Below are positions 46,302-56,681 of a stretch of DNA of 58,680 nt, in pieces. Source of the stretch: an uncultured Bacilli bacterium (GTDB lineage Bacteria > Bacillota_I > Bacilli_A > RF39 > UBA660); NCBI GenBank assembly GCA_934096535.1, contig CAKOMC010000002.1, positions 1-58,680 of the forward strand, in the 5' to 3' direction. Each line of letters begins with the position of its first letter. Position 1 is the stretch's first letter. The notes under the pieces are model-generated. The model did no database searches and was not told the origin of the DNA. It worked only from the letters and a program-made list of their open reading frames with translations. Both the position numbers and the translations under genes were made by a program.

Positions 46302-47219
46302 ATGGAAACAGGAGAAGATAAAAGAACTATTGATAAAGTTGATTTTATAGAGATGAAAAATTTTAATAATTATTTACTTGATAGTGATCTTTATAAAGTA
46401 TTTGACTTTGGATTTAATTATGGCAATAAAAATATTAAAATTTTTAGGATAGTAGAAAGATATACGAGATATACAGTAGGAGCAGTGGAATTTTTATTAA
46501 CGCCAATGGGACTTGATATAAAAATAGGCTTAAATAGTGCTTATCGTTATAATGGAAATGGCACAAAATTATTAAAAATGATTATAAAATCATTTGGAGA
46601 ATCCCTAAACAATACAGAGTACTTTGTTGCTCATATTGCCCCAGACAATTTAGTATCCCAAAAATTATTTTCTAAATGTGGTTTTGCAAGTGATTTTGAT
46701 GAAATTGAGACGGAATTAGCAGAAGGATACTTAACATATAAAAAAAGAAACCCTAATTATGGTAAAAAAAATTACCAAAAAGATGAAGTTATATTTTGTC
46801 AAAGCGATGATGCTAATGCCTATTATAAATTGGAAATATTTAAAAGCGATGCGACTGGTAATATTTTAGAAAAACCAATAATAGCCAGAGTGGCGTTTAG
46901 AAGAATTTATGATGGCATGGAAATATTAACTGATTATCAGGATAATATCGAAGAATTAGTTAAAACTATTTTAGATATTGAAAGTTGTTTTGAAGTAGTG
47001 TTTTCAGATAGCAGGTATTTTACCTATGCCTTCCGCATAAGTAAAAATGCGAATAAAAGAAATTATATTGAGTTATTTAAAAAATATAACTTTACATTGG
47101 ATGAATATAGTAGCACTGATGATTGTTTAGTATTTAAGCGATTAAATAAACATTATGTTGAAGATTTAAACAAAATTTTGAAAAGAACAAGAACTAAAGG
47201 AGAAGAAAAATATGATTAA
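46302..47219 (+). CDS. GNAT-family acetyltransferase-like protein
   Basis: Motif A-like YRYNGNGTKLLKMII...NLVSQKLFSKCGF. ATG 46302 lies just after the mutM stop. The track starts at GTG 46287, inside mutM. Confidence 0.55.
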   Translation: METGEDKRTIDKVDFIEMKNFNNYLLDSDLYKVFDFGFNYGNKNIKIFRIVERYTRYTVGAVEFLLTPMGLDIKIGLNSAYRYNGNGTKLLKMIIKSFGESLNNTEYFVAHIAPDNLVSQKLFSKCGFASDFDEIETELAEGYLTYKKRNPNYGKKNYQKDEVIFCQSDDANAYYKLEIFKSDATGNILEKPIIARVAFRRIYDGMEILTDYQDNIEELVKTILDIESCFEVVFSDSRYFTYAFRISKNANKRNYIELFKKYNFTLDEYSSTDDCLVFKRLNKHYVEDLNKILKRTRTKGEEKYD

Positions 47220-48546
47220 ATTAAAAAATAGTAAAATATTTGTTTTAGGAATGGCCAGAAGTGGTTATGAAGTAAGTAAATATTTAAGTAAATATGATAA
47301 TGAAATAATAGTAACTGATGCTAAAGAGCAAGATGATGATAAAGTAAAAGAATTAGAAAGTTTAGGTGTTAAAGTCGTAATAACCGATAAACCTGAGGAA
47401 CTTTTAGATGGTACTTATGATGTAGTTATTAAAAATCCGGGAATTAAGTATACTAACCCTTTAATAGTTAAGGCTGATACTTTAAATATTCCGGTTATTA
47501 ACGAAGTAGAGGCCGCCTCTTACTTCTTTCCTGAGGGACTACAAGTAATTGGGGTAACTGGTTCAAATGGTAAAACTACTACTACCAATTTAATAAATGA
47601 AATGCTAAAAAAAGATGGTAAAAAAGTCATCATGGCTGGTAATATGGGAATCCCTGTTTGTAGCGTTTTAAATGATTTAACTAGTGATACTATTCTTTTA
47701 CTAGAAATATCTATTCAACAACTTTGTAATATGAATCATTTTAAAACTAATGTTAGTATTCTAACTAATCTTACTCCAACTCATATTGACTTTTTAGATA
47801 CTTATGAAAATTATATGAATACGAAGAAGAGAATATTTAATAATCATACGGATAAAGATATTGCTATTCTTAATTTAAATAATGAAGATGAGATAAATTT
47901 AACTAGGGATATAAAGTCTCATAAAATTTATTTTAGTAGTACTAAACCAACTGATATTTGTATTACCGATGATTATATTACATATTTTGGGGAAAAAATA
48001 ATAAAATTAGAAGATATTAAACTTCAAGGAACTCATAATTATGAAAATATTTGCTGTGCTATTGGAGCCGTTAAACATTATGGGGTAAAGAATGCCGCTA
48101 TCATTAAAGTTTTGGAAGATTTTGGGGGTGTTGAACATCGCCTAGAGTATGTAAGAACTCTAAATAATGTTATGTATTATAATGATTCTAAGGCAACTAA
48201 TACGGTTTCTACTACTATAGCCTTAAAAGCGTTCAATAAACCAACTATTTTAATTATGGGAGGCTTAGATAGAGGGCATTCCTTTGAACCATTAAATGAC
48301 TATATGAAAAATGTTAAATTAGTCGTTTGCTATGGTCAGACTAAAGAGCGAATTGAAAAATGGGCCGAAGGTTTAAAAATTCCAGTCAAAGTTTTTGATA
48401 ATTTACACGATGCTACCACTGCTGCTGCTAGGGAGGCTACTGCCGGTGATGTTGTCCTACTTTCTCCAGCTTGTGCTTCTTGGGACCAATATAAATGCTT
48501 TGAAGATAGAGGCACGGAATATAAAAAAATAGTTAATGGACTATAA
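47212..48546 (+). CDS. murD: UDP-N-acetylmuramoylalanine--D-glutamate ligase
   Basis: GVTGSNGKTTTT P-loop, GVEHRLEYV, NDSKATN, and SPACASWDQY at the C-terminus. Confidence 0.95.
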   Translation: MIKLKNSKIFVLGMARSGYEVSKYLSKYDNEIIVTDAKEQDDDKVKELESLGVKVVITDKPEELLDGTYDVVIKNPGIKYTNPLIVKADTLNIPVINEVEAASYFFPEGLQVIGVTGSNGKTTTTNLINEMLKKDGKKVIMAGNMGIPVCSVLNDLTSDTILLLEISIQQLCNMNHFKTNVSILTNLTPTHIDFLDTYENYMNTKKRIFNNHTDKDIAILNLNNEDEINLTRDIKSHKIYFSSTKPTDICITDDYITYFGEKIIKLEDIKLQGTHNYENICCAIGAVKHYGVKNAAIIKVLEDFGGVEHRLEYVRTLNNVMYYNDSKATNTVSTTIALKAFNKPTILIMGGLDRGHSFEPLNDYMKNVKLVVCYGQTKERIEKWAEGLKIPVKVFDNLHDATTAAAREATAGDVVLLSPACASWDQYKCFEDRGTEYKKIVNGL

Positions 48547-49183
48547 AATGCAGGTTGTATTAGATAATAAAGATATCGATGTTATAATCGAACATAAACA
48601 AAATAAAAACCTTTATATACGAGTTACGGATAATCTAGAACTGTTAGTAACTTGTAACAAAAGGGTATCAGAAAAAGAAATATTAGATATTATCGAAAAA
48701 AATAGTAAGTCTTTAATTAAGATGTATAACAAAAAACTAAAAGAACTAGATAATAACAGTGTCTTTTACTATTTGGGTAAACCTTATACAATTATATATA
48801 ATAAAGATGTCAAAAAATATTATATCGAAGAAGATTGTATTATTGTTAAAGATGAAAAAATGCTAAATAAGTTTTATGCTGAAGAGTGTGTGCGTATTTT
48901 TACTGAAGAAATAGAAAAATATAAACCTATGTTTAACTATTTACCTAAATTTAGCTTAAGGGTTAGAAAAATGAAAACTCGTTGGGGTGTATGTAATAGG
49001 GGTAATAATACCGTTACTTTAAATAGTGAACTTTTGAAAAAAGAGATTAGACTTATTGATTATGTTGTCGTTCATGAACTTAGTCACTTTAAAGAAGCTA
49101 ATCATAGTGATAAATTTTGGTATGAAGTATCTTTAAGATACCCCAATTACAAAGAAGCTAGAAAAGAATTAAATGAAGTTTAA
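48536..49183 (+). CDS. M48-family/DUF45-type metallopeptidase (YgjP-like)
   Basis: RWGVC...VVHELSHFKEANHSDKFW contains the HExxH motif. Confidence 0.8.
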   Translation: MDYKMQVVLDNKDIDVIIEHKQNKNLYIRVTDNLELLVTCNKRVSEKEILDIIEKNSKSLIKMYNKKLKELDNNSVFYYLGKPYTIIYNKDVKKYYIEEDCIIVKDEKMLNKFYAEECVRIFTEEIEKYKPMFNYLPKFSLRVRKMKTRWGVCNRGNNTVTLNSELLKKEIRLIDYVVVHELSHFKEANHSDKFWYEVSLRYPNYKEARKELNEV

Positions 49184-49237
49184 GATGCCTAAATGGGCGT
49201 CTTTTTCTATGAAAAAAAGTGCTATAAAAGTACTAAA

Positions 49238-49399
49238 TTAACCTTCATCATTACAGATAAAATCAATTATATTAACATTAGGAATACCATCAATATTTTT
49301 TTGAAAAGCAAAATCTAAAATAAATAAATATCTTGGATATAAGTCTTTAATTTCATAGAATGGTTTATATTCTCTTTCTTTAGTTTTATCATTAAGCAT
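49238..49399 (-). pseudogene. Possible 53-codon remnant of the C-terminal end of a DUF4143-type ATPase
   Basis: Minus-strand ORF MLNDKTKEREYKPFYEIKDLYPRYLFILDFAFQKNIDGIPNVNIIDFICNDEG. The pattern K-x-L/F-I-L-D...DGI...I-x-D-F-L resembles the tail of that family. This is recall only. Confidence 0.25.
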
Positions 49400-49469
49400 A
49401 CCAAATAATAAAAAAGGAAGGGTAACGATCGTTACGGGGATGGTGCTGTTTACTACATAAAAGTTTATT

Positions 49470-50549
49470 TTAACTCTTACTAATGTTTAAAATAATACCA
49501 ATAGAAGCAAAAGAAACTAATAAACTAGAGCCACCATAACTAAAGAAGGGTAAAGTCACGCCAGTGACCGGGATTAGCCCCACAACTACACATAGATTAA
49601 GTAAGGCTTGAATTAAAATTCCAAAAGATAAGCCAAAACTTAAGTACTTGGCGAATAAGTTTTTAGCTTGCATACTTATCTTAATCGAAAAATAAAATAA
49701 AAGCATAAAAATACTAGTAACCACTAAGACTCCTAAAAAGCCAAATTCTTCCGAAATAATAGAAAAGATAAAATCGGTTTGGGGTTCTGGTAAATAAAAA
49801 TGCTTTTGGATAGAGGAACCAAAGCCTAAACCTAAAAGACCACCGGGCCCAATCGCATATAAACTTTGAATTATTTGAAAACCACTACCTAAAGGATCAA
49901 CCCAAGGATTGACAAAGGAAATAATCCTAGCCAGACGATAAGGGGCTATTATAATAAGACCAATAATGCCCAGAAGACCTAGGATTCCACATTTAACAAA
50001 AAAAGAAATTTTGGCGCCTGATATAAAAATAATCATAATAAGCGTTAAAACAATCACCATACCTTGCCCAAAATCAGGTTCTAACATAATAAGACCAAAA
50101 AAGAGAAAAATAATACCTAAAATAGGAAAGATACCTTTAACAACATCTTTTACTGTGGAATCATTATTGGCTAGATATTTAGAAACAAAAATAATTAAAC
50201 CAATTTTAGCAAATTCTGAAGGCTGGATACCAAAGGAACCAATTCCAAACCAACTTCTAGCGCCGTTTCTTACTTTACCAATACCGGGAATTAAGACTAG
50301 TACTAATAAAATAAAACAAATAAATAAGATTTTATTAGCGTATTTATAATACTTTTTATAATCATAATTAGATAAAATTATCATAATAAAAATACCAATA
50401 ATAAAAAATAAAGTTTGGTGTTTAACATACTTTAAAGGATCATTAAATTTATATTCTGCCCAAATATTACTGGCCGAATATATCATAATAATTCCTAGAA
50501 TTCCGGCAATAATACTTAAGAAAAATAATTTATAATCTATTTTTTTCAA
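49470..50549 (-). CDS. SEDS-family peptidoglycan glycosyltransferase (FtsW/RodA/SpoVE)
   Basis: 10 TM segments. Motifs QPSEFAKI, EPDFG, PEPQTDFIFS and GVTLPFFSYGGSS. Confidence 0.93.
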   Translation of the reverse strand: MKKIDYKLFFLSIIAGILGIIMIYSASNIWAEYKFNDPLKYVKHQTLFFIIGIFIMIILSNYDYKKYYKYANKILFICFILLVLVLIPGIGKVRNGARSWFGIGSFGIQPSEFAKIGLIIFVSKYLANNDSTVKDVVKGIFPILGIIFLFFGLIMLEPDFGQGMVIVLTLIMIIFISGAKISFFVKCGILGLLGIIGLIIIAPYRLARIISFVNPWVDPLGSGFQIIQSLYAIGPGGLLGLGFGSSIQKHFYLPEPQTDFIFSIISEEFGFLGVLVVTSIFMLLFYFSIKISMQAKNLFAKYLSFGLSFGILIQALLNLCVVVGLIPVTGVTLPFFSYGGSSLLVSFASIGIILNISKS

Positions 50550-50657
50550 AAAGAACCACCTATATAAATATATGTTTTAATTTTTAAATATATGGTTAAA
50601 CAAATAAAAACTTTAAGAATTGGGCCTTAAAGTTTAAAATATTATTTATAGTTAATT

Positions 50658-51038
50658 TTATTTATGTTTAACAGTTTCAGTTTCTTGGTCTTTCGTATTA
50701 CCGAATGCTTTTTTCATAGCTGTTAATATTTCTCTTTTTTTCTCTTTATCAGAGATAACTAGAAGGCAAGCATCAAGTCTTTCCTTTAAAATATTAAGAG
50801 CTTCTGAAATATCTTCTCCGAGGTCTTGCATTACCAGTATAGTATTTAAAGTTTCTAATTGTTGAGTAGCTATTTCTATTACATCATTTTGACTAAGAGC
50901 AGATAACTTTTCTAAATATGACTCTTCCTTCTCATTATTTTCAGAATCATTATCACTCTTTTCTGTTTTTCTTTCAATATTTTCAATATTATCTTCTGTT
51001 GGTTCTAATAAACCTTCTATGTTTTCAAAGTAATTCAT
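50658..51038 (-). CDS. Acidic hypothetical protein, 126 aa
   Basis: ATG 51038 follows GGAGG (reverse complement of 51044-51048). The track ORF extends to 51083. Confidence 0.55.
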   Translation of the reverse strand: MNYFENIEGLLEPTEDNIENIERKTEKSDNDSENNEKEESYLEKLSALSQNDVIEIATQQLETLNTILVMQDLGEDISEALNILKERLDACLLVISDKEKKREILTAMKKAFGNTKDQETETVKHK

Positions 51039-51110
51039 TTTTTCCTCCATAAAAATTATATAATTATTAATAATATTTAGCAATGATTTATGATGAAGAT
51101 AAAAGTTATC

Positions 51111-51839
51111 TTATAAATTATTGGTATTGTTATTTTGCCTTTTTACTAAACGAATCTTTTTTATTTCTTGTACCATTTTATCTGGTAATACTTCATCATT
51201 TAACCTAATTGAATTGATATACAATTTTAAAAGATCTTCATTAGCAATTAATAATAGCTCTTCCGAGTAGTCGGGCTTAATAATAGATTCTTCATAACGC
51301 CCTAAAAAATTGCCATATCGTAGCTGAAAATTATCAATTGTTTCTAAAAAAGTAAACGAACTATCACTGATACCAATTGAGATAGCGGGATTTAGAGGGT
51401 GTACTAATATATTGGAAAATAAAAGCCCGTTTTTACTGGTGTAATCCTTAATACTTTTTATTAATACTTCTAACCTGAAATAGGTATCATAACCAAATAA
51501 TTGTATTAATTTATCTTTTTTACCATCATCATCTACAGCCATAATACCAAGGCTTTTATTATTATAAAAATCAAGATAAAAATTACTGGGAAAATTGCTA
51601 CTTCTAATAAGCTCACCAGCACTTATTAATTTAACTTTAGAAGGAAAAAGAGCTTGCATTTCAATAGATTTTTCAAATAAAAAATTATCATATGCTTTCT
51701 GGATTTTTTCTAAATATTTAGAAAATTCAAAACCACTTACTTGATCATTCTTAAAATATTTCTTATTTTGTTTAATTAAAGCTTCTAATAAAGCTCTTTG
51801 TTCTAATAATTTATTTTTATATTCTATTTTGTTTTTCAT
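51111..51839 (-). CDS. Hypothetical protein, 242 aa
   Basis: Long ORF. No motif recognised. Confidence 0.6.
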   Translation of the reverse strand: MKNKIEYKNKLLEQRALLEALIKQNKKYFKNDQVSGFEFSKYLEKIQKAYDNFLFEKSIEMQALFPSKVKLISAGELIRSSNFPSNFYLDFYNNKSLGIMAVDDDGKKDKLIQLFGYDTYFRLEVLIKSIKDYTSKNGLLFSNILVHPLNPAISIGISDSSFTFLETIDNFQLRYGNFLGRYEESIIKPDYSEELLLIANEDLLKLYINSIRLNDEVLPDKMVQEIKKIRLVKRQNNNTNNL

Positions 51840-52097
51840 ATAATCATCTACCTTTTTAAATATTTTAATTTTATCTAGAGTGATTTTTGCTCAGGGGATA
51901 AATATATTATCATGTTTTAAACTAAATTACTAGATAGTTAGTCTTTAAAAGTAATCAAGTAAAAGTAATTAAGAAAACATATGAATATTTTTTTCTTTAG
52001 AAGTTTAATTTTCCTAACTATTTGGGGACAAATATTTAACATTAATACTTATAGTCTAGTATTTATGTAAGTAATAGCTAGAAGCAACAAAAAATAA

Positions 52098-52733
52098 TTA
52101 AAATGAATAAAGGAGGGTAATAACTCGGCCTTTAACGCTAATAAAGCCTTCTTCTTTTAAGTTTTTTAATTCTCTTGTCATTGCACATCTATCAATAGCT
52201 AAATAATCAGCTAAATCTTGCCAAGTACTTTTAAGATAAATTATTTTTGAACGATTTTTTAAAGCTTCAATCCGAAAATATTCCAGTAATTTATTACGAA
52301 TCGTTTTTTGTGTTAATATCTCGATTCTTTCATTTTTTAAAGTGTTTTTTTCTAGGGCAATCATCAGTAAATTTTTAATAAATTGATTATAATAACTATA
52401 CTTGGTATCATTGATTCCTAAAATAACTTTATAATCTAACCATAATATTTTAGTATCTTCTCTTGTAATAATTTCATAATCATTACTAAGTAAACTAGTG
52501 AGAGAAGTACCAAGTATTTCATCTTCATAAATGGTTTCAATAATAGTCCTAGTTCCATTATAATCAATTCTTATAATATCAAGACTACCATCTATCACTA
52601 AGCCAATACTTTCCTTGTCTTTAAAAAGATAAGCTATGTTGACACCTTTTTGATATGTAAAGTTAGAAGTTTCTAAAAGTTTTAATAGTTTGCTTTTATT
52701 ATCAGGGGTTATATCTTTAAAAAGAGAAATCAT
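52098..52733 (-). CDS. Crp/Fnr-family transcriptional regulator
   Basis: N-terminal cNMP-binding-like beta-roll and a C-terminal HTH (WQDLADYLAIDRCAMTRELKNLKEEGFI). Confidence 0.85.
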   Translation of the reverse strand: MISLFKDITPDNKSKLLKLLETSNFTYQKGVNIAYLFKDKESIGLVIDGSLDIIRIDYNGTRTIIETIYEDEILGTSLTSLLSNDYEIITREDTKILWLDYKVILGINDTKYSYYNQFIKNLLMIALEKNTLKNERIEILTQKTIRNKLLEYFRIEALKNRSKIIYLKSTWQDLADYLAIDRCAMTRELKNLKEEGFISVKGRVITLLYSF

Positions 52734-52845
52734 GTTTACACCTCTTACTTAAAAATATAGCAAAAAGTTTAAAATGTTGCAAGTGCAACAAAATAATTTT
52801 TGCGATTATGTTATAGTGGGTATGTTACGAAAGGATATTAGATGT

Positions 52846-54999
52846 ATGAAAGTAATAAAAAGAGATGGACATATGGTAGATTGGTGTCCCGAAAAAGTAG
52901 AAGCAGCCATTATAAAGGCTAACAACGAGGTAGAAGATGAAGATCAAGCCTCGGGTACACAAATTAAAAATATAATTAAGTATATTGAAAGACTAGGAAA
53001 GAAAAGAATTCTAGTTGAAGATATTCAAGATATAATTGAAATGAAGTTAATGAGTATTGGCAAGTATGAACTGGCTAAGAAATATATAACTTATCGCTAT
53101 ACGAGGGAATTAGTAAGAAGAAGTAATACGACGGATCTTGCTATCAAAGAATTAATTGATGGGGAATCTGAATATTGGAATACCGAAAATTCTAATAAAA
53201 ATGCGAAGATAGTAACAACGCAAAGAGATTATTTAGCCGGTATTACAAGTACGGATATTACTAGAAGATTTTTACTTCCTGAGGATATTGTGGCTGCTCA
53301 TGATGCCGGGATTATTCATTTTCATGATGCTGATTATTTTGCTCAGAATGCTCTTCACAATTGTGATTTAATTAATTTAGAAGATATGTTGCAAAATGGG
53401 ACAAGTATTAATGGTGTTATGATAGAAAAACCTCATCGTTTCTTAACTGCGATGACGATTGCTACCCAAATTATTACAGCTGTTAATTCTAGCCAATATG
53501 GAGGATGTACAGTAACTCTTACTCATTTGGCCCCTTTTATTCGTTCTAGTCGTGAGTATTATGAAAAAAAATATAAAGAGCGTAAACTTACTAAGGCGCA
53601 AATTACTAAGTTTGTAGAAGAAGATTTAAGAAAAGAAATTACGGATGGAGTTCAGACTTTCCAATACCAAATCAATTCCATGACAACTACTAATGGGCAG
53701 GCTCCCTTCTTATCCGTATGTATGTATTTAGGGGAAACTACGGAATATAAAGAAGAACTTGCCATGTTAATTGAAGAAGTATTGCGTCAAAGAATTCAAG
53801 GAATGAAAAATGAAAAAGGTGTTTATATAACTCCGGCTTTTCCTAAACTTTTATATGTTTTAGAAGAAGATAATATTCACCCAACTAGTAAGTATTATTA
53901 TTTAACTAAGTTAGCAGCAGAGTGTACGGCTAAACGCATGGTTCCTGATTATATTTCTGAGAAAATTATGAAAGAAACTAAGATTGATAAAAATGGTAAT
54001 GGTAACTGCTATCCATGTATGGGTTGTCGTTCTTTCTTAACTCCATATGTTGATGCTAATGGTAAACCTAAATATTATGGTCGTTTCAATCAAGGGGTTG
54101 TTACTATTAACTTAGTAGATGTGGCTTTATCAAGCGATAAAGATATGGATACTTTCTGGCGTCTATTCGAAGAAAGATTAGAACTGTGTCATAGAGCTTT
54201 ACAAATTAGACATAAAAGACTTTCTAAAGTTACTTCTGATGTTGCACCAATTTTGTGGCAACATGGCGCTCTTGCTAGACTTAAGAAGGGTGAATCTATT
54301 CATGATTTATTACATCATGGTTATTCCACAATTTCTTTAGGATATGCTGGTCTTTATGAGTGCGTTAAATACATGACAGGTAAGAGTCATACTGATGGGG
54401 CCGAAGGTAAAGAATTTGGTTTATCAGTAATGCAAAAAATGGTTGATAAATGTAACGAATGGAAAAAGGCTGAGGATATTGATTACTCGGTATATGGTAC
54501 GCCAATTGAATCAACAACTTATAAATTTTCTAAATGCTTAAAGGAAAGATTTGGGGTTATTAAAGGTATTACTGACCGTAACTACATTACTAATTCTTAT
54601 CATGTTCCGGTATTTGAAGAAATTGATGCCTTTACGAAATTAAAACTTGAAAGTGAATTCCAAAAACTTAGTCCAGGAGGAGCCATTAGTTACATTGAAA
54701 CTCCTAACTTATCTAATAACCTTGATATTGTTTTACAAGTAATGGATTTCATTTATAATAATATTATGTATGCAGAATTAAATACGAAGAGTGATTATTG
54801 TCATGAATGTGGCTATACAGGGGAAATTTTAATTGATGATAACTTGGAATGGTATTGTCCAAACTGTGGTAATCGTGATCATGATAAATTAAATGTAGCT
54901 CGTCGTACTTGTGGCTATATTGGAACTAATTTCTGGAATAAAGGTCGTACGCAAGAAATTAAAGAGCGTGTAACCCATATTGATAATAAGGATGCATAA
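52846..54999 (+). CDS. nrdD: Anaerobic ribonucleoside-triphosphate reductase
   Basis: ATP-cone VIKRDGHMVDW, a Zn site CHECGY...CPNCG, and the glycyl-radical motif RRTCGYIG. ATG 52846 follows AAGGA. The track starts at 52774. Confidence 0.96.
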   Translation: MKVIKRDGHMVDWCPEKVEAAIIKANNEVEDEDQASGTQIKNIIKYIERLGKKRILVEDIQDIIEMKLMSIGKYELAKKYITYRYTRELVRRSNTTDLAIKELIDGESEYWNTENSNKNAKIVTTQRDYLAGITSTDITRRFLLPEDIVAAHDAGIIHFHDADYFAQNALHNCDLINLEDMLQNGTSINGVMIEKPHRFLTAMTIATQIITAVNSSQYGGCTVTLTHLAPFIRSSREYYEKKYKERKLTKAQITKFVEEDLRKEITDGVQTFQYQINSMTTTNGQAPFLSVCMYLGETTEYKEELAMLIEEVLRQRIQGMKNEKGVYITPAFPKLLYVLEEDNIHPTSKYYYLTKLAAECTAKRMVPDYISEKIMKETKIDKNGNGNCYPCMGCRSFLTPYVDANGKPKYYGRFNQGVVTINLVDVALSSDKDMDTFWRLFEERLELCHRALQIRHKRLSKVTSDVAPILWQHGALARLKKGESIHDLLHHGYSTISLGYAGLYECVKYMTGKSHTDGAEGKEFGLSVMQKMVDKCNEWKKAEDIDYSVYGTPIESTTYKFSKCLKERFGVIKGITDRNYITNSYHVPVFEEIDAFTKLKLESEFQKLSPGGAISYIETPNLSNNLDIVLQVMDFIYNNIMYAELNTKSDYCHECGYTGEILIDDNLEWYCPNCGNRDHDKLNVARRTCGYIGTNFWNKGRTQEIKERVTHIDNKDA

Positions 55000-55000
55000 A

Positions 55001-55501
55001 ATGGCTAGATTTAATAAAATTCGTAAAATGGATATTTCCAACGGTCCTGGGGTAAGAGTTTCTATCTTCTTTCAGGGCTGTCCCTTTCATTGTAAGGGGT
55101 GTTTCAATAGTGAAACTTGGGATTTTACTTTAGGTTCAGAGTTTAATGAGGAAACTATTAATAAGGTTTTGGAAGTAGCAAGTCCTGATTATATTAAAGG
55201 TTTATCTATTTTAGGAGGAGAACCTTTATATAAAGATACTATTGATGCAACTATTAAATTATGTAAGGCTTTTAAAGAAAGATATCCAGATAAAAATATA
55301 TGGCTTTGGACAGGATTTACTTGGGAGACTATTGAAAATAAAGAAATATTAGAATATTTAGATGTTTTAGTAGATGGTCAGTTTAAAGAAGCTTTACATG
55401 ATCCTCGTCTTAAGTGGTGTGGTTCCAGTAACCAAAGGGTTATTGATGTTCAAAGAAGTTTAAAAGAAGAAAAAATTGTGTTATATGAAAGTGAGAATTA
55501 A
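55001..55501 (+). CDS. nrdG: Anaerobic ribonucleotide reductase activating protein (radical SAM)
   Basis: GPGVRVSIFFQGCPFHCKGCFN and LGGEPL. ATG 55001 lies just after the nrdD stop. Confidence 0.93.
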   Translation: MARFNKIRKMDISNGPGVRVSIFFQGCPFHCKGCFNSETWDFTLGSEFNEETINKVLEVASPDYIKGLSILGGEPLYKDTIDATIKLCKAFKERYPDKNIWLWTGFTWETIENKEILEYLDVLVDGQFKEALHDPRLKWCGSSNQRVIDVQRSLKEEKIVLYESEN

Positions 55502-55503
55502 GA

Positions 55504-55962
55504 ATGCAAGGCAGAGGATTTGAAATTGCAAAAGGATATGAAGATAAAAATATTCATATACCAGTAAGAAAGACAGCTAATTCAGCCGGTTATGATATTG
55601 AGGCTGCTAGTGATATGGTAATACCTCCATATAAGCCGGGAATGAAACCTAGTCTTATTTCGACGGGACTTAAAGCGTATTGTGAGCCTGATGAATTCTT
55701 TATGTTAGTAAACAGAAGTAGTGGACCGAAAAAAGGTTTTATGATGAGTAATTCCATTGGAATTGTTGATGCTGATTATTATGGTAATGAAACTAATGAT
55801 GGTCATTTCTATTTTCAATTTTGGAATTTTGGCGAAAATGATTTAGTTATTCATAAAGGCGATGTTATTGGACAAGTAATATTTCAAAAATATTTAATGA
55901 CTAATGATGATAAGGCAGTTGGTACTCGTACAGGTGGCTTTGGCTCAACTGATAAAAAATAA
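55504..55962 (+). CDS. dut: dUTP diphosphatase
   Basis: AGYDI, NRSSG, GIVDADYYGN and a C-terminal RTGGFGSTDK. Confidence 0.9.
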   Translation: MQGRGFEIAKGYEDKNIHIPVRKTANSAGYDIEAASDMVIPPYKPGMKPSLISTGLKAYCEPDEFFMLVNRSSGPKKGFMMSNSIGIVDADYYGNETNDGHFYFQFWNFGENDLVIHKGDVIGQVIFQKYLMTNDDKAVGTRTGGFGSTDKK

Positions 55963-55980
55963 TTAATATTAATTTAATAG

Positions 55981-56008
55981 AGAGATAACTTAGTAAGTTG
56001 TCTCTTTT
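55981..56008 (+). terminator. Terminator after dut
   Basis: agagataactt (55981-55991) pairs with aagttgtctct (55995-56005), 11 bp with one G-U pair. A T-run follows. Confidence 0.65.
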
Positions 56009-56020
56009 ATAAAATGTGCT

Positions 56021-56045
56021 AAAAAAAGAGGCCATGAAACCTCTT
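56021..56045 (-). terminator. Terminator of the minus-strand 120-aa gene
   Basis: aagagg (56026-56031) pairs with cctctt (56040-56045). T7 lies on the minus strand. Confidence 0.55.
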
Positions 56046-56080
56046 AAAATTTTACTCTTCTTAGATTATTGAGAGTATTT

Positions 56081-56443
56081 TTAGTCTTTTGCTAAAAAGT
56101 CTTTAATATATAAGGCTTCTTTAAAAGTGAAATTAGTTTCAGTCACTATATTTTCAGGTTCCAGACCTTCCGGAAAAAGCTCTACTATATGACAGATAAT
56201 TTCTAATAGTTCTTCTTTGTCGGGATGTATCGGACTATAAAGACAATCTACTAAAAGATAAATTTTTTCGATTAACTTATTATGGAATGCATTTGAGCCT
56301 TGATATTTAGCAATATCAGCCATATTTTTTCCAAAACCTTCCTTTATCATACGATAAGCTTCATTAGGAAGTACTAACAAGAAGTCTTGGAAGACCAAAG
56401 GGATTTCCATCATGAACAATTCTGGTCTTAATATATTTATCAT
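56081..56443 (-). CDS. Hypothetical protein, up to 120 aa (start uncertain)
   Basis: The AAAGGAG site (reverse complement of 56460-56466) is better spaced for an out-of-frame ATG at 56450 (a 28-codon ORF) than for ATG 56443. Internal Met codons are also possible starts. Confidence 0.45.
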   Translation of the reverse strand: MINILRPELFMMEIPLVFQDFLLVLPNEAYRMIKEGFGKNMADIAKYQGSNAFHNKLIEKIYLLVDCLYSPIHPDKEELLEIICHIVELFPEGLEPENIVTETNFTFKEALYIKDFLAKD

Positions 56444-56644
56444 TTTGCATGAATTTTTTCTCCTTTCTAAGATGGACTATTGATAGTTCTAATTTAGTCC
56501 TTCCATATATACTTATTACCGTCTAAATGTCAATTTCCTTCTTTTTTTAACAAATTTTTTCAAAAAAGTGTATTTTTTTTAATTTTCTTTACTCTAGGTA
56601 AAATAAGTGCTGCTCTTAGTAAATTTTAAGAGTTTTAAGATTAT

Positions 56645-56669
56645 AAAAAAATAAGTCGGTTTAGACTTA
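56645..56669 (-). terminator. Terminator after the XRE gene
   Basis: taagtc (56652-56657) pairs with gactta (56664-56669). A T-run lies on the minus strand (A-run 56645-56651 on plus). Confidence 0.55.
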
Positions 56670-56681
56670 CTTAAAATTATA

